Shown here: positions 52,115-60,511 of the stretch, in pieces
Numbering within the stretch: the first letter of the stretch is position 1
Layout of the letters: each line of letters opens with the position of its first letter
Assembly (NCBI GenBank): GCA_963732005.1
Contig: CAVSXT010000005.1
Coordinates: 2,057,315 to 2,121,314 of the forward strand
Length of the DNA: 64,000 nt
Direction of reading: 5' to 3'
Source: an uncultured Acidobacteriota bacterium
GTDB taxonomy: Bacteria; Acidobacteriota; Thermoanaerobaculia; Multivoradales; UBA5704
Program-made: the position numbers and the translations under genes
The notes under the pieces: generated by a model
Seen by the model: the letters and a program-made list of their open reading frames with translations, nothing else
The model's database searches: none
What the model was told of the DNA's origin: nothing

Positions 52115-53482
52115 TCAGGACAAGGGGATCGGCAAGGTGGAGATCAGTAGCGCCCGATCCCAGGCCGGATCGACGTGAGAGACAGCCGCGAGGAGAGCCA
52201 GTCCGATGCCCGTGGCGCCCCTGGCGAACCCGGGCTCGTCCAACCACTCGCCACGATAGGTGATGCGAAAGCCGGCAATGCCGACGCCAGGCGTGCGCTG
52301 GGCGAGCGCCCGGTCGAGCCAGCGGCGCGCGGCCTCGGCGAAGGCCGTCTCGCCGGTCGCCTGATAGAGCCGGTTGAAGACGTGGCCGATACCGGCCGGC
52401 CCGTCGGAGAGCCCGGCGCCGGCGCCGCCGGCCATGCCGGGATGGCCGGGATGGCGGGCGGCCGCGGCGAGCGCCACGCGCCGGCCGGCGGCTTCCCAGG
52501 CCGGCTCGCCGGCGCCACGCGCCGCCAGCAGCAGGCTGGCGGCGATGCCGAGATCCCCGACCCGCCAGGCGAGTGGGCTACCCCGCGCCGCGGCGCCGGG
52601 GAAGTGGAACTGAGGAAAGCGGTAGCCGCTCTCGGGAGGCTGCTCGCGCGCCAGCAACCAGGAGACCGTGGCCGCGAGCAGCGGCCGCGCCGCGGGGGCG
52701 GCGACACCGGCCTGACAGGCGGCACCCAGCAGCGCGATGACGCCCGCGATCCCCTGGCCCATGCCGAGGACATAGGCGCCCTGCGGGAGCTCGCCGCGGA
52801 ATGGAGGAGGCAGGTCGCCCACCGGGCTGAAGAAGGCGGCACCTTCCGGATGGCGCTCGGCGCGGCGCGCCAGCTGGGTGACCACCGCCTCCAAGCATTG
52901 CGCCGCGTTAGGCCGCGGCAGCCGCTCGAGCGCGTAGACGCCCAGCCCCACCAGGCCGGTGAAGAGGTCGTAAGCGCCCTCCCAGGACGAGCGCGAAAGG
53001 CCACGCAGGAGGACCTCGTCCACCTCGCGGTTGCCGTCCTCCTCGTCCGCGAACAGTCGCCCAGCCAGGTGGGCCGCGGCCCAGGCGATCCCCGGAAATC
53101 CGAGGTACAGGCTGGTGCCCAGGCGCAGGCCGGCGGCGGCCTCGGTGGCCTGGTCGAGCAGGTCGATGGCGACGTCGGCATGGGCATCGCCGGCGCCGTG
53201 AAGCGCAAGGTAGGCATGGAGGAGGCACTGCCCCACGCGGCCGCTGCTCAGCGCGTTCTCCCAGATCGGAACGCCCTCGGGCCGGAGGTTGCGGGGAAAG
53301 CAGCTGACGCCGCGGGCGGTGACGGCGGCGATGTCGCCGGCCGCCGCCAGCGCTCGGGTCGCGGCCTCGCCGGCCAGGAGGGGGCTCCAGGGGAGGCTCA
53401 CGCCCGGATCATGTGGGACCCGGCGGAGCGGGTCAATCGTCGCCGCCAGCGCCCTGCTCTCCCCGCGACGGGGGCGGGGCAC
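52115..53482 (-). CDS. LanC-like (lanthionine synthetase C-like, alpha/alpha-toroid with GxxG repeats) protein lacking the canonical Zn-ligand Cys/His motifs
   Basis: Repeated GxxG-containing helices (SLYLGFPGIAWAAAHL, DLFTGLVGLGVYALE, GMGQGIAGVIALLGAA, LSDGPAGIGHVFNRLYQATGE). Where LanC has SWCHG and GLCHG, this protein has GMGQG and LSDGPAG. Start uncertain: GTG at 53482 chosen; the ATG at 53638 would overlap the divergent gene by 110 nt. Confidence 0.55.
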   Translation of the reverse strand: MPRPRRGESRALAATIDPLRRVPHDPGVSLPWSPLLAGEAATRALAAAGDIAAVTARGVSCFPRNLRPEGVPIWENALSSGRVGQCLLHAYLALHGAGDAHADVAIDLLDQATEAAAGLRLGTSLYLGFPGIAWAAAHLAGRLFADEEDGNREVDEVLLRGLSRSSWEGAYDLFTGLVGLGVYALERLPRPNAAQCLEAVVTQLARRAERHPEGAAFFSPVGDLPPPFRGELPQGAYVLGMGQGIAGVIALLGAACQAGVAAPAARPLLAATVSWLLAREQPPESGYRFPQFHFPGAAARGSPLAWRVGDLGIAASLLLAARGAGEPAWEAAGRRVALAAAARHPGHPGMAGGAGAGLSDGPAGIGHVFNRLYQATGETAFAEAARRWLDRALAQRTPGVGIAGFRITYRGEWLDEPGFARGATGIGLALLAAVSHVDPAWDRALLISTLPIPLS

Positions 53483-53527
53483 TCGGGGCAGCAAGTAGAC
53501 TAGAAGCTCCGACTGCGAGGCCAGACC

Positions 53528-54595
53528 ATGGATGAGAAACGGCTGGATTGGAGCACTTCGTACGTGGTTCCCGCGAGCCTTCGCTTCCGGCTGACGCCTG
53601 CCGGAAAGCTCCGCGCGGATGCCGAGTGGGCTCCCCATGTGATGACCGAGCAGGCCGAGGTGGCAGCCGATCAGGTCGAGCTGCTGCTCGGTTTCGCGAG
53701 CCCCCTGGTGGCCGAGGCGGCGTTCGCGCGCGCGGCGGAGACCTGGGACCTCGACCGCGAGACCTACGGCCTGCTGCTCGAGACCTGGATCGCCCGCGGC
53801 CTGCTGCGGCCGGTCGACGCCGGCGCCTACGCGACCACGCGCCTGGCGCTGTTCGCCGAGGCGGTCGCGGAAAAGGCCGCGACTGCATCTCCGGTCTTCC
53901 CGCTGCGCTCGCACTTCGCCATGCAGCAGCCGGTGCTGTTCGTGCCCGGGCTGGGCACCCGCGAGATCCACGACGGCCGGCGCTTTCCCTGGGTCGCCGT
54001 CCTCGAGACCGCCTTCCCGCTCATCCAGGCCGAATTCATCGCGCTTCTCGCCAGCTCCGACTTCTTGCGGGTCAACCCCGACTTCACCCATCAGGGAGAA
54101 TGGGCGGCGGCCTACCTCTGGGCTCACGGCGAGAGAATCGACGCGATCTGCCGCCAGTGTCCGGAAACCACCCGCCTGTTGACCTCGATCCCCGGAGTCT
54201 CGCAATTCGGCCTGGCGATGTTCTCGGCCCTCGCCCCGCACACCCGGATCGCGCCGCACCATGGCGTCACCAACGCGATCCTGCGCTGCCAGCTGCCGCT
54301 AAGGGTGCCGCCCGGCTGCAAGCTGAAGGTCGGAGATCACGAGCTCGAGCAGCAGGAAGGGCGCTGCATCGTCTTCGACGACTCCTTCCTGCATTCGGCC
54401 TGGAACGATAGCGACCAGGCGCGCTTCGTCCTGCTGTTCGACTTCTTCCACCCCGACCTGACCGGCGACGAGATCGAGTATCTGGCGCGGCTGCCGGCGA
54501 AGCAGGCCATGGCCAAGCACCACCTCGCCCAGGCGGTCGGTGGCCCGAAGGCGGAGTGGGCGAAGCAAGGGCCCGCCGGCGGCCCTGCCGGGTGA
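53528..54595 (+). CDS. Aspartyl/asparaginyl beta-hydroxylase family (Fe(II)/2-oxoglutarate oxygenase) protein with a roughly 150-aa N-terminal extension
   Basis: C-terminal KLKVGDHELEQQEGRCIVFDDSFLHSAWNDSDQARFVLLFDFFHP matches Asp/Asn beta-hydroxylase (LpxO/AspH). The N-terminal 150 aa are of unknown function. Confidence 0.75.
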   Translation: MDEKRLDWSTSYVVPASLRFRLTPAGKLRADAEWAPHVMTEQAEVAADQVELLLGFASPLVAEAAFARAAETWDLDRETYGLLLETWIARGLLRPVDAGAYATTRLALFAEAVAEKAATASPVFPLRSHFAMQQPVLFVPGLGTREIHDGRRFPWVAVLETAFPLIQAEFIALLASSDFLRVNPDFTHQGEWAAAYLWAHGERIDAICRQCPETTRLLTSIPGVSQFGLAMFSALAPHTRIAPHHGVTNAILRCQLPLRVPPGCKLKVGDHELEQQEGRCIVFDDSFLHSAWNDSDQARFVLLFDFFHPDLTGDEIEYLARLPAKQAMAKHHLAQAVGGPKAEWAKQGPAGGPAG

Positions 54596-54695
54596 CGGCG
54601 CCCTGAGCAGACCTGAGCAGCCGTCGTCCGGTGCCGCGGCCCCTCCTGCGGCCGCTTCGCCGGACATCTCCTGCAACGGAACGGGACAGGAAGCA

Positions 54696-56282
54696 ATGGA
54701 CAAAGCCACGAACAGATGGATTGCGCGCTCGGCCCTGCCCGCCGTCGTGGCGGCGCCAACCCGAGAGGCCGGCGGGGGGTGGCCGAGGGCCACCGCGGCG
54801 CGGCCGTGGGTCTGGGGGGCCATTGCCTGCTGGGCCGCCGTGGTCGGCTTTCTCGGCTGGCGCTTTCGGGGCCAGGCGCTCGACGACTTCTTCATCACCT
54901 ATCGCTATAGCCTGAACCTCGCCGAAGGACGGGGCTTCGTGTTCAACGCCGGCGAGCGGGTGTTCGCGCTCACCAACCCGGGGCTGGCGCTGGTGCTGGC
55001 CCTGGGCCGGACGCTGACCGGTCTGGAAGTGCCGCTGCTGGCTTCGGCGCTCTCGGGCCTGGCGCTGCTGGCGGTGGCGGTCCTACTGCTGCTCGAGGCG
55101 CGGGCGCTGGGACGGGCGCCGGAAGCGCTGCTCGGCGGCACGCTGCTGGTGACCTCCTCCTTCCTCTGGGTGCTGCAGGGCGGCGAGGGGATGGTGATGC
55201 TCGCCCTGCTGCTGCTGGCCGCGCGGTGGGGAGCCGACCGGCCGGTCCTGGCCGGCCTGCTGGCGGGTTTTGCCGTCTGGTGCCGCCCGGAGGCCGCGAT
55301 CGGCGCCGGCCTGCTGGCGATCCTCTTGTGGCGGGAGCGCAAGCGGTTGCCGTGGCGCCTGGCTGCCACCGCGGCTGCCGTCGTCCTGCTCGGCGTGCTG
55401 CTCGCCTGGCTCTATTTCGGCAACGCCATCCCGAACTCCCTGGCCGCGAAGCGCGCCCTGGCGGCGGGCAGCTCGGGGCTGGGCTTCTGGCCGCAGTCGG
55501 CGGAGCTGGCACGGCGTCATGCGGGGCAACTATGGCCGGCGGTCGTCGGGCTCGGACTGCTGGGGCAGTGGCCCCTGCTGCGCTCCGGGGGCCGCTGCCT
55601 GCGGCTGCTCTCCCTGCTGGCGCTGAGCCTCACGGTGATCTATCCGCTCCTCGGCGTGCCCTATGCGCCGTGGTACGTGCTGCCGATGGCCGTGGCGATG
55701 CTGTACGGGCTCGGTTTCCTGATCGGGTTGCCGGCGCGGCTGAAGGCCACGGCCACCCCGCTTGCCGGCCGGGCGCTCGCCACGGCCGCCGCCGCGCTGG
55801 CCCTCGCGGCGGTGGTGATCTCGCTGGCGCCGGCCGAGGCCCGGCGGCTGCGCCGGTTCACCTGGCCGCCCTACATGCGGGCCTACCAGCGGGCGGCGGA
55901 GTGGCTGAACGCCAACACGGCGCCGGCTGCGGCGGTGTCGTATTTCGAGGTCGGGGCGCTCGGCTATTTCAGCGATCGGACGGTGATCGACATGGTCGGC
56001 ATTGTGACGCCCGAGCTCTTGCCTTACGTGCGGCGTCGCGATTTCGCCGGCGCCTTCCTGGCCCGTCCCGGTGCCTTCGCTCTCGTGGATCCGGACCAGG
56101 GTCCCTTCATGCCGGCCGATAGGCCCTGGTTCAAACGCGCCTACCAGCCCGTGGCCACGTTCGGCGAGCAGGGGAGGCTGGTCCTGTATGAGCGCCGCGT
56201 CGACGTCGGCCTGCCGCGGGCACCGTCGCCCGGCGGCGATCCGGACGCGGGCGGCGGCAGCGGCAGCAACGCAACGCGCTGA
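54696..56282 (+). CDS. GT-C fold membrane glycosyltransferase-like protein (ArnT/PMT-superfamily-like), paralog A
   Basis: About 11 TM helices with a first-loop motif DDFFITYRYSLNL. ATG at 54696. The 3' end overlaps convergent paralog B by about 142 nt. Confidence 0.55.
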   Translation: MDKATNRWIARSALPAVVAAPTREAGGGWPRATAARPWVWGAIACWAAVVGFLGWRFRGQALDDFFITYRYSLNLAEGRGFVFNAGERVFALTNPGLALVLALGRTLTGLEVPLLASALSGLALLAVAVLLLLEARALGRAPEALLGGTLLVTSSFLWVLQGGEGMVMLALLLLAARWGADRPVLAGLLAGFAVWCRPEAAIGAGLLAILLWRERKRLPWRLAATAAAVVLLGVLLAWLYFGNAIPNSLAAKRALAAGSSGLGFWPQSAELARRHAGQLWPAVVGLGLLGQWPLLRSGGRCLRLLSLLALSLTVIYPLLGVPYAPWYVLPMAVAMLYGLGFLIGLPARLKATATPLAGRALATAAAALALAAVVISLAPAEARRLRRFTWPPYMRAYQRAAEWLNANTAPAAAVSYFEVGALGYFSDRTVIDMVGIVTPELLPYVRRRDFAGAFLARPGAFALVDPDQGPFMPADRPWFKRAYQPVATFGEQGRLVLYERRVDVGLPRAPSPGGDPDAGGGSGSNATR

Positions 56283-58048
56283 GGCACGCGCTGCCGCGCG
56301 CTCAGCGGTCGCCGGACCGTGGAAGCGGCAGGCCGCAGCCAGTCACGGCTCTCGCAGGCGCGGATCCGGTCGTCGGTGAGCGGTACCGGGCGCTCGATCA
56401 CCCGCACCTGCTTGCCGCCGCGCAGGTGGACGTTGGGCAGGAAGCATTCCACGTAGCCGGGCGGCGGCTGCCGTTCGTGCGCCATCAGGACGCGCCCGCC
56501 GGCCGCCAGCGGCGCGCGCGCGATCACCCGATCGTTGAGGCCCAGGGTGTCCACCACGGCGACGTGCGGCAGGACCCAGCCGGCGAGGCCGACGCCGCTC
56601 GTCGCCATCACCGGCCGGCCGCTCCAGGAGATGCGGGCGCCGTCCTGCCGCGACGGAAACCGCTCGGTCAGCCAGATCAGGCAGACCGCGTGCTCCTGCC
56701 GGCGCAGGCCGATGGCGTGGCCGATCAGCGTCGCCTGCCAGCCATCCCAGGCCGCGACGATGGGCCGCACCGGCGGCGGGAAGTCCCCGGCCAGCGGCCA
56801 GCGCAGGAAGGAGGTCTGCTCGCGGCTCAGGAGATCCCTGGTGCGCCACCAGTACAGCCATGGCAGCGGCCAGGAGGCGAGCAGGAAGACGCTCAGCGTC
56901 GCGACGGCGGCGGCGCCACCGAGACCGGCGGCGTCGACCAGCGCCAGCGCCGAGAGCAAGAGCAACGGGATCAGGTAGCTAAAGACGCGGTACTCGAAGT
57001 GATCGCCGCCGACGATGAGTGTGTAGTAGGCGACGTGGGTCACCACCACCGCCGGCGCGAGCACTCTCGCCAGCCGCGCCGCCACGGGCCGGGTGCTCGG
57101 GACGCGCCGCGGCGAGAGCAGGCCGCGGCAAGCCGCCGCCACGGCCAGCGCCAGCCAGACCCAGGTGCCGTTCTCGACCACGAAGCTGGCGAGGTAGCGC
57201 CAGCCCATCTCGGGCCACGGCGCCGGCACCTTGGCGTAATAGGTGTTTGGCAGCCAGGAGCCGTAGGTCCAGCGGCGCCACAGCAGGTGAGCGGCGATGG
57301 CCAGCAGCGGGCTCGCCGCGAGGACCGTCGCGCGCACCGGCCTGGCGTGCGACGGGGCGGCGGCGAGCAGGAGCAGCGCCGTGGCCGGCACCGTCAACAG
57401 TCCATCCGGCCGCGCCAGGCAGGAGAGCGCGGCGGCGGTCGACAGCCGCAGGCCCCAGGCCAGGCCGGCCTCGTCGCCGCCCACGAGTCCGAGGGCTTCG
57501 AGCAGCCACCAGGTGAAGCAGAGGTTCCAGAGCTGGGTCTCGAGCCCGGAGCTCAACCAGGTCAGGAAGGTGGTGTTGGTGCAGATACCCAGCAGGACGA
57601 GGGCCGCCAGCAGGGTCCGCCGCCGGTCCAGCCGGGGTGAGAGCCGCAGGCGTCCGCCGGCGCGCCAGACGAGCGCCAGCGTCGCGAGCCCGCAGAGCAG
57701 GCTCAGCCAGCAGGAGGTGCGCGGCGGATCGATCCCCGTCAACCGCCAGGCGGCGCCGAGCAGCAGCGCCCACAGGAGGCTGGTGTAGCCCTCGACCGGC
57801 AGGAACGGCGGCGGGTTCCAGATCAGGCCGTATCCCGCCAGCAGGTTGGAGACATAGCGGAACGTGATGTAGGCGTCGTCGGTCTGGAACCAGAGCAGCT
57901 TCCAGCCGGCGACGGCGACCAGCAGCGCCGCGCCGAGCACCCAGTAGCGCGCGGCTCCGGGGGCCGGCCCGCGACGCCGGCCCGGCAGGTCCCCTGGCGA
58001 GCTCGCTTGCTCCGGTTCCAGGGTTGCCGCCGTCGGGGTCGGGCTCAT
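56141..58048 (-). CDS. GT-C fold membrane glycosyltransferase-like protein, paralog B, translationally coupled to cydB
   Basis: First-loop motif TDDAYITFRYVSNL. Polytopic. Its ATG (complement of 58046-58048) overlaps the cydB stop (ATGA). Confidence 0.6.
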   Translation of the reverse strand: MSPTPTAATLEPEQASSPGDLPGRRRGPAPGAARYWVLGAALLVAVAGWKLLWFQTDDAYITFRYVSNLLAGYGLIWNPPPFLPVEGYTSLLWALLLGAAWRLTGIDPPRTSCWLSLLCGLATLALVWRAGGRLRLSPRLDRRRTLLAALVLLGICTNTTFLTWLSSGLETQLWNLCFTWWLLEALGLVGGDEAGLAWGLRLSTAAALSCLARPDGLLTVPATALLLLAAAPSHARPVRATVLAASPLLAIAAHLLWRRWTYGSWLPNTYYAKVPAPWPEMGWRYLASFVVENGTWVWLALAVAAACRGLLSPRRVPSTRPVAARLARVLAPAVVVTHVAYYTLIVGGDHFEYRVFSYLIPLLLLSALALVDAAGLGGAAAVATLSVFLLASWPLPWLYWWRTRDLLSREQTSFLRWPLAGDFPPPVRPIVAAWDGWQATLIGHAIGLRRQEHAVCLIWLTERFPSRQDGARISWSGRPVMATSGVGLAGWVLPHVAVVDTLGLNDRVIARAPLAAGGRVLMAHERQPPPGYVECFLPNVHLRGGKQVRVIERPVPLTDDRIRACESRDWLRPAASTVRRPLSARQRVPQRVALLPLPPPASGSPPGDGARGRPTSTRRSYRTSLPCSPNVATGW

Positions 58049-59121
58049 CGCCGGGGGCTACTCGCGGCGCGGCGCCGGGAGCCAGGGAGCCGCTCCGGCA
58101 GGCGACCGAAGATGCGATAGAGGTAGAAGAACGCCGGCAGCAGCGCCATGGCGCCGGCGGCCAGCGCGCCGAGCAGGAAGCGCAGGGTCGCGGTGGGCGC
58201 GGCGGCGCCGGCAAGCGTGAGGTCGGGGGGGACCAGGAACGGGTACTGCGCGACGGCCCAGCCGGCGACGATGAGGCTGGCCTGTGCGGCGGCGGCGGCG
58301 CGGGCGAGGCGGTAGCGGCGGCGTGCCAGGGCCGTCAGGGCGGTGACGGCACAGGCGCCGGTTGCCGCGTGCAGGGCCCAGGACCAGGGCGTGCGGGTCA
58401 GCTCGTGCAGCAGGCCGGGGGCCTGCCACCAGGCAGTGGCCAGCACGCCGGCGGCGAGCGGCGCGAGCAGCACGCCGGCGGCCAGGGCGCGCCGGCGGAA
58501 ATCGTCGCTCAGCTCGGCCGCGTCGCCCGGATCCTCGCTGCCGTCCGCAGCGTGGCGAGCGTCGTGCGCCAGATAGACGGCGGCGAGAAAGGCGAACAGC
58601 ACCAGGGTGAAGGCGCCGACGGCGAAGGGGAAGGGGCCGATCCAGGCGGTCAGGTAGTCGGTGGCCGCGGCCGGTGGGCGGAGCCTGCCGGTGGCGATGG
58701 CGCCGACGACGATGCCGAGGAGCAGAGGCGTCGCCAGGCTCGCGGCGGCGAAGAGCCGTCCCCACGATCCGGCGGCGGCCTCGCCCGCGGGGTCGCCGTA
58801 GGAGCGGAAGCTGAACGCGGCGCCGCGGGCGACGATGCCGAGCAGCATGAGCAGCAATGGCACATGCAGGACGGTGGCGAGGCGCGCGAACGCCGGCGGG
58901 AAGGCGGTGAAGAGGACGACGATGGCGAGGATCAACCAGATGTGGTTGGCCTCCCAGATCGGGCCGATGGAGTGGGCGATCAGCCGGCGCTGGCGCGCCG
59001 CCCGCGGCCCGCGCGCCAGCAGGTCCCAGACGCCGCCGCCAAAATCGGCGCCGCCGCTCAGGGCATAGGCGATCAGGGAGATGGCGATCGCGAGGCCGGC
59101 CAGGTCCTCAAGCGCCGGCAT
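58045..59121 (-). CDS. cydB: Cytochrome bd ubiquinol oxidase subunit II
   Basis: ADFGGGVWDL and IGPIWEANHIWLI signatures. Confidence 0.85.
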   Translation of the reverse strand: MPALEDLAGLAIAISLIAYALSGGADFGGGVWDLLARGPRAARQRRLIAHSIGPIWEANHIWLILAIVVLFTAFPPAFARLATVLHVPLLLMLLGIVARGAAFSFRSYGDPAGEAAAGSWGRLFAAASLATPLLLGIVVGAIATGRLRPPAAATDYLTAWIGPFPFAVGAFTLVLFAFLAAVYLAHDARHAADGSEDPGDAAELSDDFRRRALAAGVLLAPLAAGVLATAWWQAPGLLHELTRTPWSWALHAATGACAVTALTALARRRYRLARAAAAAQASLIVAGWAVAQYPFLVPPDLTLAGAAAPTATLRFLLGALAAGAMALLPAFFYLYRIFGRLPERLPGSRRRAASSPRR

Positions 59122-60475
59122 CGCCGGCCTCCCGCCGGTTGGCGCCGTTGCCGGGTAAGCCGAGGTCGGTGCCGCTGGCGGCGCTCATCGTCGACAGCAC
59201 GTGGCGGCGCAGCAGGTGGACGACGATGCCGCCGAGCAGCACGTAGACGACAGTGATGACGGCGAAAGGCGCCGTGAGCCCCGGCATCGGCGTCACCGCG
59301 TCGGCGGTGCGCATCACGCCCTGGATGATCCAGGGCTGCCGGCCCAGCTCGGTGACCGACCAGCCGCTCTCGACGGCGATGACGCCGAGGGGCGCGGCGC
59401 CCACCAGGCAGCGCAGCAGCCAGCGGCGATCGGGTACGCCGCGCCTTCGCCATGCCGTCACGCCCGCCAGCGCCGCCGCCGCGGCCAGCAGGGTGCCGCA
59501 GGCGGCCATGATCTGGAAGGCGGTGTGGACCAGTACGACGTTGGGCCGATCGGCCGGCGGCACCGACTCGAGGCCGGCGACGACGGCATGCCGGTCGTGA
59601 TAGGCGAGCAGCGACAACCCGGCGGGTATCTCGATCGCGCCGCGGGTGGTGCCGGTCGCGGGATCCGGCATGCCGCCGATGCGCAGCGGCGCGCCGGCCT
59701 CGGTTCGCCACTGTCCTTCCATGGCGGCGAGCTTCATCGGCTGGTAGACCCCCAGCATCTGACCCAGCAGGTCGCCCGAGAGCGGCTCGAGCACCGCCGC
59801 CGGACCGCCCACCATCAGGGCGATGCCGAGAGCGGCGCGATGGAAGCGGTCGCCGGGGCGGCGCAGCAGCGCGGCGGCATGGATGCCCGCCACCGCGAAG
59901 CCCACCGCCGCGTAGGCCGCGAGCACCATGTGCAGGGCCTGCGGACCGGCCGCCGGATTGAGCATCGCAGCCAGCGGGTGGAGATGAGTCAGCCGGCCGC
60001 CGGCGAGCTCGAATCCCGCCGGCGTGTTCATCCAGGCGTTGGCGCTGACCACGAACACCGCGGAGAGGGTGCCGGCGACGGCCACCACGACGCCCGCCGC
60101 GAGATGAGCGCGCGGCGACACCCGGTTCCAGCCATAGAGATAGATGCCGAGGAAGATGGCTTCGGCGAAGAAGGCAAAACCCTCGAGCGAGAAGGGCATG
60201 CCGATGACCGCCCCGGCGGCCTGCATGAAGCGCGGCCAGAGCAGTCCGAGCTCGAAGGAGAGCACGGTGCCGGACACCGCGCCGACCGCGAACAGGATGG
60301 CCGTGCCGCGCGCCCAGCGGCGGGTGAGGTCCAGGTAGACGGGATCGCCGGTCCGGCGCCACCACGTCTCGGACGCCACCATCAGAACCGGCATCGCCAT
60401 GCCGGCGATGGCGAAGAGGATGTGAAACATCAGCGACACCGCCATCTGGCTGCGTGCCGCCAGCAGGTCCGACAT
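59108..60475 (-). CDS. cydA: Cytochrome bd ubiquinol oxidase subunit I (short Q-loop / CioA-like length)
   Basis: MFHILFAIAGMAMP...GWNRVSPRAHL...GRQPWIIQGVMRTADA. The 3' end overlaps the cydB start. Confidence 0.85.
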   Translation of the reverse strand: MSDLLAARSQMAVSLMFHILFAIAGMAMPVLMVASETWWRRTGDPVYLDLTRRWARGTAILFAVGAVSGTVLSFELGLLWPRFMQAAGAVIGMPFSLEGFAFFAEAIFLGIYLYGWNRVSPRAHLAAGVVVAVAGTLSAVFVVSANAWMNTPAGFELAGGRLTHLHPLAAMLNPAAGPQALHMVLAAYAAVGFAVAGIHAAALLRRPGDRFHRAALGIALMVGGPAAVLEPLSGDLLGQMLGVYQPMKLAAMEGQWRTEAGAPLRIGGMPDPATGTTRGAIEIPAGLSLLAYHDRHAVVAGLESVPPADRPNVVLVHTAFQIMAACGTLLAAAAALAGVTAWRRRGVPDRRWLLRCLVGAAPLGVIAVESGWSVTELGRQPWIIQGVMRTADAVTPMPGLTAPFAVITVVYVLLGGIVVHLLRRHVLSTMSAASGTDLGLPGNGANRREAGDAGA

Positions 60476-60511
60476 GCGCACAGCCTAGCAAATCGCCGGC
60501 TGCCCGCCAGG

